From Pseudomonadota bacterium (GTDB lineage Bacteria > Pseudomonadota > Alphaproteobacteria > MED-G09), in contig JAZAJI010000038.1 of NCBI GenBank assembly GCA_036230365.1, positions 1 through 46,581 of the forward strand: 46,581 nt of DNA, written 5' to 3'. Positions 34,742 to 46,086 of the stretch are shown one piece after another (within the stretch, counting starts at the first letter, position 1; every line of letters starts with the position of its first letter). A model generated the notes under the pieces. It was given only the letters and a program-made list of their open reading frames with translations, did no database searches and was not told the origin of the DNA. Made by a program: the position numbers and the translations under genes.

Positions 34742-35488
34742 CTACTTATATTCAACTTTTTGAGATTGATAAAGGTCTGGAAGAATCTCTCCTAAAAATT
34801 TCATTTCTTCTTTTGCGTGTTTTTTGAGGTCTTCGGCACTTTTTTTATTAATAATTAGCATCCTAATTAAAGCTGTATTACCTACATATCCTAACAAAGA
34901 AGGGGTAACTTCATTCTTCTTTCTTTTTGCTATGTGTCCCATCCAAAAACGTGATCTCATTTCTGCCCCAGTTTTAGTATTTATAACAACATGACACATT
35001 TTTGCTATATTGAGATCTCTTTCAAGCTCTCCTACTCTTGCGCAAATTGCAAAAGTATCCTTATTATTTATGTTATGTCCAAAAAACTCAGAAGAATCTA
35101 CAAATTGTATTCTGAGTTTTCTTAAATTTTCTCCAATATATTCATGAACAAGATGGGAAGCTCCAATTATTTTTCCCTCTTCCTTGCTTTCCCAATCCAT
35201 CCATACATGATCCTTAGGATGCCATAATCTATAATGTTCACTTGTTTTTAGAAAATCAGAAAACCACCACCTAACCATATAAGTCTTAACCTCTGGCATT
35301 GAAGTTCTGACAGAAACTAAATAAGTTCCGTCAGATAATCTATAACTGGTAGTTGGATATTGATCTAACTCTTTAATTAAAGTTATTTCACTATCAACTG
35401 TTCTCTTAAAAGGCTTAAAACCAAACAAGAGAACAATCGTGGTTAAAGAAAATAAAGCAATATAAATTATGATACGAAAAGTTTTCAT
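34742..35488 (-). CDS. Membrane-anchored protein, unknown function
   Basis: N-terminal TM helix, then MVRWWFSDF..EHYRLWHPKDHVWMDWE. This may be a DAPG/phloretin-hydrolase-like fold, but I cannot verify that. Confidence 0.4.
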   Translation of the reverse strand: MKTFRIIIYIALFSLTTIVLLFGFKPFKRTVDSEITLIKELDQYPTTSYRLSDGTYLVSVRTSMPEVKTYMVRWWFSDFLKTSEHYRLWHPKDHVWMDWESKEEGKIIGASHLVHEYIGENLRKLRIQFVDSSEFFGHNINNKDTFAICARVGELERDLNIAKMCHVVINTKTGAEMRSRFWMGHIAKRKKNEVTPSLLGYVGNTALIRMLIINKKSAEDLKKHAKEEMKFLGEILPDLYQSQKVEYK

Positions 35489-35543
35489 TTTTATACTTTA
35501 TATTATTAGAATATAATAAACTATAAAACAGAGGTTATAAATT

Positions 35544-36152
35544 ATGAACAAAGCTCTTATTACAAAATTAATTATTATGATTTTCCTTTTATCTACTAAC
35601 GCTTTTGCAGGAAATAATCATGCTTCCAATGAATGGCAAATAGACGCTTATTCTAGCGCCGCTCCTTCGTTTATAGGAGATTTTGCTACAATAATTGGTG
35701 GAAATGGTGAAGTAATAAGAAAGGGTTCAAATGGATGGACTTGTCAGGCTGGAAACCCAAGGCCATTTCCTAAAAACGGATGGAAAGATGTTCACGAAGC
35801 CATGCCTGCGTGCTCTGATAAAGAAGCAGTTAAATGGATGATGGCTTATATGGCTGGAAAAAAACCTCAACTAGATAATGATGGTTGGATGTGGATGCTT
35901 CATGGTGATGTCGGTGAGGATAATCTTAAGGCAGGTGTTCTTAATAAAGAAGATAGCACACCAGGACAATGGATTGAATCAGGACCTCATCTTATGTTAA
36001 TGCCTAAGGATCCATCATCACTTGACAATATGAATGCAGATTTCTCAAATGGTGCACCTTATGTAATGTTTCCAAAAACAATTTGGGCCCATGTTATGAT
36101 TCCTGTGAATGGATATTATAAATATCAAAAAGAGTCTGAACCTATAAAATAA
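35544..36152 (+). CDS. Secreted protein, unknown function
   Basis: Signal peptide ending TNAFA. 202 aa, Trp/Met-rich, two Cys pairs. Confidence 0.45.
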   Translation: MNKALITKLIIMIFLLSTNAFAGNNHASNEWQIDAYSSAAPSFIGDFATIIGGNGEVIRKGSNGWTCQAGNPRPFPKNGWKDVHEAMPACSDKEAVKWMMAYMAGKKPQLDNDGWMWMLHGDVGEDNLKAGVLNKEDSTPGQWIESGPHLMLMPKDPSSLDNMNADFSNGAPYVMFPKTIWAHVMIPVNGYYKYQKESEPIK

Positions 36153-36168
36153 CCTTAAGAGAATTACC

Positions 36169-37143
36169 CTAAAAAAGTTCTTTTAATTCATTAATCTGAT
36201 CATCATTGAGTTTACCTTTTTCTTCAGCATATACACATTCTTTCAACTCTTCCCGATTTTTAATCCCCAGTATTACTGAACTAACTTTCTCAATACTTAA
36301 AGCGAATCTATGAGCTAAAGACGCAGGCGTCTCTCCCCATTTTTCTGAAAGTTCTCTAAAGGGTAATGCTTTATTAAAATCATTAAAATCTGCTTTATCT
36401 AAACCAGATGGATTTGGTTTTCTATCCATACTTGAAGTAAGCGCTCCAGCTTGAACCGCTCTTATCGCAAGTATTGGTATATTTTTATTCTGACATTCTT
36501 CAAGAATTATATTTGGATTAGGTTTTTTGCTTATATAACCAATTGCTCCGTTAGAATTTAGAATATTTACTACACATTGCATAGCTTCTGGGGGATGCTC
36601 ATGATTGATTGCCCTTATTAAAGCTTCTTCTTGACCCAAACCAATACCCCAATGATCAATCTTTCCTTCTTTTTTTAGTTTCTCAAAGGCCGGAATAACT
36701 GCATTGAAGTAACTTGATAAAGGAGTTGTGTTTGTTGCTTTAAATTCTTTTAAATTAGGTAATTCATAATCATCTTCAATAAGTTGTGAATGAAGAATAA
36801 ACAAATTTACCTTTTCAACACTCATTGTTTGCAAGCTTCTACAAAGAGAATTGTTTAATCGCTCATAAACATCAGAATCTGGGAGTGTGCCCAACCTACA
36901 TTTAGTGGTTAAATTAATTGATGAAACATCTTCTCCTTTTAAAGCTTCACCAACAACTCTTTCGGCCTCACCTTTCCCATAACTAGGAGCTACATCAAGA
37001 TGATCAATACCTAAATCAATTGCCAATTTAACTGATAATACCGATTCCTCTCTTGTGGTTTTCCCCCAAACATTTCCTATTCCTCCACCTCCAAGAGTTA
37101 ATGCGCTTATTGTTCCAAAAGGCTTAAATTCTCTTTTTTCCAT
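36169..37143 (-). CDS. Aldo/keto reductase
   Basis: LGGGGIG, DHLDVAPSYGKGEAE (catalytic D/Y/K region), HWGIG. Confidence 0.8.
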   Translation of the reverse strand: MEKREFKPFGTISALTLGGGGIGNVWGKTTREESVLSVKLAIDLGIDHLDVAPSYGKGEAERVVGEALKGEDVSSINLTTKCRLGTLPDSDVYERLNNSLCRSLQTMSVEKVNLFILHSQLIEDDYELPNLKEFKATNTTPLSSYFNAVIPAFEKLKKEGKIDHWGIGLGQEEALIRAINHEHPPEAMQCVVNILNSNGAIGYISKKPNPNIILEECQNKNIPILAIRAVQAGALTSSMDRKPNPSGLDKADFNDFNKALPFRELSEKWGETPASLAHRFALSIEKVSSVILGIKNREELKECVYAEEKGKLNDDQINELKELF

Positions 37144-37166
37144 TATTTTTCTCGTTAATGAAATTC

Positions 37167-37181
37167 ATAAAATGATTTTAT
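37167..37181. promoter_or_regulatory. Perfect 7-1-7 palindrome ATAAAAT-g-ATTTTAT upstream of the aldo/keto reductase
   Basis: Same AAT-G-ATT core as the sites at 11978 and 12255. It lies 24-38 nt upstream of the ATG at 37143. Confidence 0.25.
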
Positions 37182-37191
37182 ATTATTAGCT

Positions 37192-40167
37192 TTATTTCAT
37201 CTTTAATGTGAAATCAATGTAGTAGTTTCTTCCATAATCTTGATGAGCATCAGCATAGTATCCATAATATCTATCTGCTGTAGGAGCTCTTTCATCATCA
37301 ATATTTCTTACTGCAAATCTAACCCTTGCATCATGATCACTTAATTCAAAGTCATAAGACATTGTTAGATTCCATGTTGTCATAGACGGAATAAGGTAAG
37401 CTACGCCATCCTTCAAACCCAATGAAGTTTGTACAAATGAACCTTTTCTAAGTCCATATAAGCTAACTCCATACGGGCCTTTATCCCAAGATAATCTTAG
37501 CGTGTGCTTGTTGTCATATATTCCGTCTTTTCCCAGTAAATCGCCAAAACCTTTTAAAGGTATTGAATCTGGAATTTCTCCAGCATCTTTTTTGGCTTGT
37601 AGTTCAGCAAACTGTCCACTTGCTTTTTGCTCAAACTTATCAAGAAATGTTCCGATATATCGAAAATCAAAATTACCCACTTGGCTCTCAAAATTATAGT
37701 AGATACCAACATCAATTCCTTCAATAATTCTTTCAGCCATATTGGTGTAATCATTTTTAATATATTTAATGTCACCGAATGGACATACGCCTGCTGCTGC
37801 AAAACCTGCTAAATCACCATCGTCAGGAGCCTCTCTTACTACCAAAGGATCTCCTATAAAAGTTGCGCAATTATTTGTTCCATTTGCAAATCGTAAAAGC
37901 ATGTCATTAACTGTTTGGTTTTCACGACCAAATAAGCCAATGGTTTTATCTTTTTCAATACTCCAAGCATCAACAGTAACAATTAAATTATCTGTTGGAG
38001 TTAACACAACACCAAAGGATATGTTATCTGATTCTTCAGCTTCAAGATTTTCTGCTCCCGTTGCCATTCTTTGTATGGTATAGCGTGAATCAGAATCAAT
38101 TACATTTTCAACGCTTTGCACAGCATTAACTTGGAAAGCTGCTCGATCATATCTTGTTCCGGATCTTACAACAGTCTTTTCATTTACCTGAATGATGTTC
38201 GGAGCCCTAAAAGCTGATGATATTGAGCCTCTAAAATCAATCCATGAAGCCGCTTGCCAACCTAATGCTAGCTTTCCTACTGTTGAGGAACCATAATCAG
38301 AAAAATCCTCAGTTCGAATTGCCGCTTGTAAATCAATTGTATCGGTTACTGGAATTTGTAATTCAGCAAAGAAAGATACAACATCTCTTGAGCCTGAAAC
38401 ATCTCCTGTTGGTGATGAATTTAGAACATCTGAAACTAAAGGATAGGTATCTCCTTCGTAGTCAGTGTAAGTAATGGTGCCATCTAGTCTTGGATCTCTA
38501 TTATCAGTTATTTCCTCATCACGATACTCAAACCCCAATAAGAGAGCAACATCTCCTGCAGGAAGCTCCCATAAGGAATTATTTGATATTTTAAAATCAA
38601 ACATCGTAAGCTCACTTGAGCCTTTCCTATATACATCAATTAAAGTTCTTTCGATATTTGAATCTACACCCGCACTAAATGGATTGTAAGCTGCTGGGGT
38701 AGAGTCATACAAAGCTTCTTTTAAAAGATTATTAGACATTCTTTGGCTTGTTACATCATCAGATGTAGCTTTAGAAGTTACAAAAGCTGTTTCCCAATCC
38801 CAATCACCACTAGAACCTCTGAAACCTTGAAGAAATCTATAAGTTTCTTTTTTTACATTTACTAGTCTAGGTACTTCCATGTATCGATAATTATCTATGT
38901 AAAGATTTTTTCCAGCAAATATTGCTGTTGGAATGCCATCTACATCTACCTTTAATTGATTTAGATAGTAATTATCCGGACCTACTCTATGCTTCGAGGA
39001 AGAAAACGCATATGAAGAATGAGCAATTCTGTCGCTATCTGATTCATAATAAGAAAACTCTGTAAAAGATTCAATGCCATTACCCATATCATGGTTGATA
39101 AACATCATAATATTAGTTCTAACTAGTTCAGATCTAACATCGGTTTTACCCCAGAAATTACTTCTTAAAGCACCATTTCCATCTTGAGCAATACAAGTCC
39201 CATAACCTGTATCAAACAGCGGATGACCTCTATTAGTACACTTAGCATCTCCCAAAGGAAAAATTTCAAATTCACCATTGGAGTCAGTCCAGACATGATC
39301 GTAACTTTCTCCAGCATGTTCTTTAGAATTAACCATATCAAATTGGCCGTATAGAGAATGTGAACTTAAATTTCTAAAAGAAGTGCTAGTTTTCCATGGT
39401 GAATTATCGTCAACAAAAGGTCTGTGATCCCCAGCACCCCATCTTGGGTCTTCTTGAGCATTAATACTTTCACGATCATAATAATCAAAAAATACGCTTA
39501 CATTTGTGGCCCCATCATTAAAGAAGGACCCCCATTTCGCAGTTATTTTTGTATCATTAGCATTAAAATGTTCATATCCATTAACTCTAGCTGTAAAGTT
39601 AAAACCTTCAAAATCTGTCTGCAATACATTGTTTACAACACCAGCTACAGCGTCTGCGCCATAAATAGCTGAAGCGCCATCTCGTAAAATTTCTAATCTT
39701 TCTAGTCCTGATACCGGAATTATGTTTGCATTAACACTGACTGTTGGAACATAATCACCACCAATTAACTCAGTTTGATAACCAGGTGAGTTAACTAATC
39801 TTCTTCCGTTAAGAAGAGTAAGAGAATTACCAACGCCTAGATTTCTTAAGTTATAAGCCCCAACATCACCACGTGATGCATTTACACCACCAGCGGCGTC
39901 TTCAGCTTCTACAAAATAGTTCTGCCCTTGCTCTGCTATATGCTCCAATAAGTCATCACCAGAAGTAGATGCAATTGCTTCAATATCTATGTCCGTAATA
40001 ACCGAAACATTCAAAGATCCAGTAATCTTTGCACCTTTAATTTGTGATCCAATTACTGTAATTTTTTCAATTTCTCTTGAAGGAATATTTACTCCGCCCT
40101 CTTGTGCAAAAACTAGATTAATTGAAAATAAAGTTATTAAAGAGATATATAAAAGTCTTATTGACAT
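37192..40167 (-). CDS. TonB-dependent outer-membrane receptor (991 aa)
   Basis: Signal peptide ending LVFAQ, TonB-box-like EKITVIGS, plug motifs (NLRNLGVGNSLTLLNGRR, LRDGASAIYGADAVAGVVN), long barrel. SD AAGGAGG. Confidence 0.9.
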   Translation of the reverse strand: MSIRLLYISLITLFSINLVFAQEGGVNIPSREIEKITVIGSQIKGAKITGSLNVSVITDIDIEAIASTSGDDLLEHIAEQGQNYFVEAEDAAGGVNASRGDVGAYNLRNLGVGNSLTLLNGRRLVNSPGYQTELIGGDYVPTVSVNANIIPVSGLERLEILRDGASAIYGADAVAGVVNNVLQTDFEGFNFTARVNGYEHFNANDTKITAKWGSFFNDGATNVSVFFDYYDRESINAQEDPRWGAGDHRPFVDDNSPWKTSTSFRNLSSHSLYGQFDMVNSKEHAGESYDHVWTDSNGEFEIFPLGDAKCTNRGHPLFDTGYGTCIAQDGNGALRSNFWGKTDVRSELVRTNIMMFINHDMGNGIESFTEFSYYESDSDRIAHSSYAFSSSKHRVGPDNYYLNQLKVDVDGIPTAIFAGKNLYIDNYRYMEVPRLVNVKKETYRFLQGFRGSSGDWDWETAFVTSKATSDDVTSQRMSNNLLKEALYDSTPAAYNPFSAGVDSNIERTLIDVYRKGSSELTMFDFKISNNSLWELPAGDVALLLGFEYRDEEITDNRDPRLDGTITYTDYEGDTYPLVSDVLNSSPTGDVSGSRDVVSFFAELQIPVTDTIDLQAAIRTEDFSDYGSSTVGKLALGWQAASWIDFRGSISSAFRAPNIIQVNEKTVVRSGTRYDRAAFQVNAVQSVENVIDSDSRYTIQRMATGAENLEAEESDNISFGVVLTPTDNLIVTVDAWSIEKDKTIGLFGRENQTVNDMLLRFANGTNNCATFIGDPLVVREAPDDGDLAGFAAAGVCPFGDIKYIKNDYTNMAERIIEGIDVGIYYNFESQVGNFDFRYIGTFLDKFEQKASGQFAELQAKKDAGEIPDSIPLKGFGDLLGKDGIYDNKHTLRLSWDKGPYGVSLYGLRKGSFVQTSLGLKDGVAYLIPSMTTWNLTMSYDFELSDHDARVRFAVRNIDDERAPTADRYYGYYADAHQDYGRNYYIDFTLKMK

Positions 40168-40233
40168 AGGGCCTCCTTGTTTTAGAGTTAAGCTAACATT
40201 TAATATTATATTAATACCTTTTATGGAGAAAAT

Positions 40234-41019
40234 ATGAAACCAGTTTGTTTAGTTTTAGGCGCAGGAGCAGGAATAGGTGGTACCGTTGCGGCAAAGTTTG
40301 CAAGAGAAGGTTATCATTCTTATTTATGTAGAAGAAGTGATAAAGAAGGCTTAGATAGATTAATAGGTAATATAGAAAATGAAGGTAATAGTGCTTCTGG
40401 TTGCTTGTTAAATGCTACGGATGATAATGTTCTCGAAGATTTAATCGTTTCCATAGAAAAAGATATTGGACCAATTGAAGTCCTTATTTACAATTTGGGT
40501 GCACAAACTGGTATGAAACTTCTTCATGAAACAACTTATAAAGAATTTGAATTAGGTTGGAGAATGGCAAGTTTCGGTCTATTTCGAACAGCAAAAACAT
40601 TATGTCCACTAATGGTTGAAAGAGGTAAAGGAGCTATTTTAGTGACATCTGCAACTGCCGCAATGAGAGGAAATAAAACTCAACACTCTCATGCAGCTGC
40701 AATGGGGGCGAGAAGAATGCTTTGCCAATCATTAAATGCTGAATTTTCTTCAAAAGGAATACATGTTGCCCATATTGTAGTAGATGGAGCGGTTGATGCT
40801 CCTGATACTTTAGGAAAAATATTAGGACCGGAACTTTATCAGAAAATGAGGGAAACTAAAGGAATGGAACATGATGGCCTTATATTGCCTGAAAAAATTG
40901 CTGAAACTTATTTTCATCTTGCCTCACAACATAGATCAACTTGGACTCATGAGATTGATATAAGAGCTTTTTCTGATCAAGCTTGGTGGAATCACGACAC
41001 TATGTTAGACAAAGATTAA
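40234..41019 (+). CDS. SDR-fold protein lacking the YxxxK catalytic pair
   Basis: GAGAGIGGTVA Rossmann motif. Where YxxxK is expected the sequence reads HAAAM (..NKTQHSHAAAMGARR..). Confidence 0.65.
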   Translation: MKPVCLVLGAGAGIGGTVAAKFAREGYHSYLCRRSDKEGLDRLIGNIENEGNSASGCLLNATDDNVLEDLIVSIEKDIGPIEVLIYNLGAQTGMKLLHETTYKEFELGWRMASFGLFRTAKTLCPLMVERGKGAILVTSATAAMRGNKTQHSHAAAMGARRMLCQSLNAEFSSKGIHVAHIVVDGAVDAPDTLGKILGPELYQKMRETKGMEHDGLILPEKIAETYFHLASQHRSTWTHEIDIRAFSDQAWWNHDTMLDKD

Positions 41020-41025
41020 AATTTA

Positions 41026-41055
41026 GTGGAGCAATTAATAAATTAATTACTCCAC
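41026..41055. terminator. 30-nt imperfect palindrome between convergent genes; possible bidirectional terminator
   Basis: gtggag c aattaat..attaatt a ctccac gives 6 + 6 bp with one mismatch. The flanks are only moderately T-rich. Confidence 0.4.
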
Positions 41056-41063
41056 CAATAAAT

Positions 41064-43208
<2,145 letters not shown>

Positions 43209-43257
43209 CTAAATTCATTTATTAGACCTAAATTGCGAAAATTATATAAAAAAATTA

Positions 43258-43291
43258 AATAATATTGTAGATTCGGGCATGTAATATTATT
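43258..43291. promoter_or_regulatory. Inverted repeat AATAATATT-N16-AATATTATT in the katG / dehydrogenase divergent region
   Basis: Read directly. The 16-nt spacer contains the only GC-rich patch of the region (attcgggcatg). Confidence 0.3.
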
Positions 43292-43300
43292 AACTTTTTT

Positions 43301-43324
43301 CTAGTGTATTTCAATACAAACTAG
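43301..43324. promoter_or_regulatory. Near-palindrome CTAG-TGTATT-tc-AATACA-aa-CTAG
   Basis: Read directly. It lies 38-61 nt upstream of the ATG at 43362. Confidence 0.3.
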
Positions 43325-43361
43325 AAATTTTATCTTTAAAAAACTTAGGAGATAATTCTTT

Positions 43362-44945
43362 ATGAGTAATGTAAAAGTAATTCTCGTATGCTTATCACTG
43401 CTGTTCGTTAGTTGCGCTATAGAAGAAAGCAATAATACAAAAAAAGATTCTTTTGACCAAAAATTTTGGGTTGAAGATTATGTCAAAAATCTTAGTTTCC
43501 CATGGGCAATTGCTTGGCTACCGAACGGGGATTTACTTCTTACCGAGCGATTAGGAAATATTAAATTAATTCGTAATGGAAAAGTTATCACTGAACTAGA
43601 AGGTGTTCCAGATGTAATGTCTGCAAGCCCTTTTGATGGATTATTAGATATAAAGATTGATCCAGATTTTAATACAAAGCCCTATATTTACCTTACTTAT
43701 ACAAAGGGTTCAGCAACTTCTAGAGTGGGTGTAATTTATAAAGCAAAAATTGAAGGTAATCGATTAATAGAAGGTAAAGAAATTTACAATACATATCCTG
43801 CTGCACCTACCGGGGGGCCAAATATAACTCGCATTCAATTTCTTAAGGATAAGTCATTAGTTGCGGCAGTAGGATCTAGTGGTCAACATGCTTACGGAAT
43901 GGTTCAAAGACTTGACGGGGATATAGGAAAAATAATTCGAATCTATAGTGATGGATCGATTCCAAATGATAATGCTTTAGCTATTACAAATAAAGGTGCA
44001 AAACCAGAATTATGGGCTACCGGTCTAAGATCTGTAGGCGGATTAACATTAGATGAAGAGTATCGTTTGTGGGGTGTAGAGATGGGACCTCAAGGAGGTG
44101 ATGAATTAAATCTAATACAACCTGGAGGAAATTACGGTTTTCCATTAATTAGCTGGGGTTTTGACTATTCTGGAAGAGCTTTATCTGAGAGACAAAGTGC
44201 AGCTGGTTTTGTTGATCCAATAGTAACATGGAGTCCATCAATTTCGCCTTATGGCATTACCTATTATCAAGAAGAAGCCTTCCCCAACTGGAAAGGTGAT
44301 TTATTTATGGGTGTATTAGGTGATCAGACAATTCTTAGAATGAGAATCCGTAATAATAAACTTATAGAACAACAAGATTTATTACCTGACCTTAATGAAA
44401 GAATTCGTTCGGTAGAAACTGGTCCTGATGGATTTATATACGGAGTTACAGATTCATCAAAAGGTAAGATTATACGAATAAGACCCGGAAAACCATCCGA
44501 GAAAGATCTAGAAAATGTTTCTAAACCATTCCCAATGCCCACAAATAGTGACATTGGTGAAAGATTAAAACAACATGGTGTAATGCAAAATGAAAAAACT
44601 ATGCTAGCTCTTCAAGCTGCTTATGATCCAGAAAGAGCTGAATTTATATACAATCAAAATTGTGTAAGTTGCCATAGCCTGAAAGCTAGCGCAGAAAGCA
44701 ATATCGGTCCCCATCTTGAGGCCATTGCAGGTCGAAGATCTGGCACTTTACCTGATTACAATTATTCTGCAGCTATGAAGGTAAATAACCGGACAAGCGT
44801 AATTTGGGATTCACGTACAATTGCTGCTTTTATAACTAATCCTCAAGCTATATTTCCTGGCACTAAAATGATATCAAGACCTCTTAATTTTGAAGATGCA
44901 GTACAAGTTAGTAGTTATTTAACTAGGTTAAAAAATGAAGAATAA
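43362..44945 (+). CDS. Lipoprotein PQQ-dependent (sGDH/YliI-type) beta-propeller dehydrogenase fused to a C-terminal class I cytochrome c
   Basis: Lipobox LLFVSC. FPWAIAWLPNGDLLLTERLGNIKLI is typical of glucose/sorbosone dehydrogenases. The C-terminus has CVSCH and IFPGTKM, resembling mitochondrial-type cytochrome c. Confidence 0.75.
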   Translation: MSNVKVILVCLSLLFVSCAIEESNNTKKDSFDQKFWVEDYVKNLSFPWAIAWLPNGDLLLTERLGNIKLIRNGKVITELEGVPDVMSASPFDGLLDIKIDPDFNTKPYIYLTYTKGSATSRVGVIYKAKIEGNRLIEGKEIYNTYPAAPTGGPNITRIQFLKDKSLVAAVGSSGQHAYGMVQRLDGDIGKIIRIYSDGSIPNDNALAITNKGAKPELWATGLRSVGGLTLDEEYRLWGVEMGPQGGDELNLIQPGGNYGFPLISWGFDYSGRALSERQSAAGFVDPIVTWSPSISPYGITYYQEEAFPNWKGDLFMGVLGDQTILRMRIRNNKLIEQQDLLPDLNERIRSVETGPDGFIYGVTDSSKGKIIRIRPGKPSEKDLENVSKPFPMPTNSDIGERLKQHGVMQNEKTMLALQAAYDPERAEFIYNQNCVSCHSLKASAESNIGPHLEAIAGRRSGTLPDYNYSAAMKVNNRTSVIWDSRTIAAFITNPQAIFPGTKMISRPLNFEDAVQVSSYLTRLKNEE

Positions 44946-46086
44946 GAAGTCTTTTTCTAGAAGGACATTTTTAACCGGTACATTAACTACTGGTGCACTA
45001 GCTATTACTCCTAAGTCACTAAGAAGTAATGAAAATATTTTTTCATATATAACAAGACACGGCCCTTCATCAGGAATTGCCAAACTTAATGGTAACGAAA
45101 ATCCTTATGGGCCAAGTCAAAAGGCTTTAAGAGCTATTAATGAAGCATCTAAAAAATCTGGTTACTATGTTCATACATCAGGTGAAACATTACGATCAAT
45201 GATTGCAGAAAAGAATGGATTAACTAATGATTATATCATCTTAAGTTCCGGGTCTACAGCAGCTCTAACGAACATTGCACTGGCATCAATTAAAAAAGGT
45301 CATATTCTAGCTCCAGATCTTTTTTGGGATAGCACAGCAAATTTAGCTGCAGGAACTAGTCAAAATAAATTGAAAAGATTACCAAGCAATACAAAACACC
45401 AAATAGATCTAGGAATTATGAAGAATTCAATTTCTAAGGATATATCTCTAGTTCATATAACAAATCCGAATAATCCAACAGGATCAGTATTAAATAATTC
45501 TGAGTTAAAAGAATTTTGTAGAGAAGTTTCAAAGACTTGCACTATATTAATTGATGAAGCATATAATGATCTAACTGATAATCCTAAATCTTCAACAATG
45601 ATACCCCTTATTAAAGAAGGTAGAAATATTATTGTAACACGTACATTTTCAAAGATTCACGGCTTAGCTGGTTTACGGATAGGTTATATGATTGCTAAGC
45701 CTAAGTTAATAAAAGAAATCATGAAATTTGGAATAATCGGTAACTGGACAACCAATCATGCGGGTATAGCAGCAGCTATAGCTAGTTATAATGATAAAAA
45801 TTTCTTATCACATTCAAAAGCAATGATAAATGAAGGAAAAGAAATGGTCATGGAAGCCGTTAAAAAAAATGGACTTTCCGCCTTACCCTCAAAAGCTAAT
45901 TTCATCTTTGTTAATTTAGGATCTTTAAATGCCGATAAATTCAAAGCAAGCATGGCTAAAAGAAATATAATAATATCTGGAATTTACCGAAATCATAAAA
46001 ACTGGTCACGTGTAAGTATGGGAAAAATTAGTGACATACAAAGATATGTAAATACTATGCCAGAAGCTTTGGAAGAGATTAGCTAG
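44935..46086 (+). CDS. HisC-like class II PLP aminotransferase with a twin-arginine (Tat) signal peptide
   Basis: FSRRTFLTGTLTTGALAI matches S-R-R-x-F-L. NENPYGPS, NPNNPTG and TFSKIHGLAGLRIGY (PLP lysine) are present. The start overlaps the upstream gene by 11 nt. Confidence 0.7.
   Translation: MKNKKSFSRRTFLTGTLTTGALAITPKSLRSNENIFSYITRHGPSSGIAKLNGNENPYGPSQKALRAINEASKKSGYYVHTSGETLRSMIAEKNGLTNDYIILSSGSTAALTNIALASIKKGHILAPDLFWDSTANLAAGTSQNKLKRLPSNTKHQIDLGIMKNSISKDISLVHITNPNNPTGSVLNNSELKEFCREVSKTCTILIDEAYNDLTDNPKSSTMIPLIKEGRNIIVTRTFSKIHGLAGLRIGYMIAKPKLIKEIMKFGIIGNWTTNHAGIAAAIASYNDKNFLSHSKAMINEGKEMVMEAVKKNGLSALPSKANFIFVNLGSLNADKFKASMAKRNIIISGIYRNHKNWSRVSMGKISDIQRYVNTMPEALEEIS

Noticed and set aside
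37502-40237. Seven plus-strand ORFs of 61-104 aa (37502, 37627, 37769, 38244, 38474, 39424, 39989) lie antisense to the 991-aa TonB-dependent receptor. One minus-strand 82-aa ORF (37554-37802) lies in another frame.
   Set aside because: All are fully embedded in a high-confidence receptor gene. Their composition is low-complexity or Ser/Leu/Ile-rich, they have no SD and no recognisable motifs. Such shadow ORFs are typical opposite a long gene.
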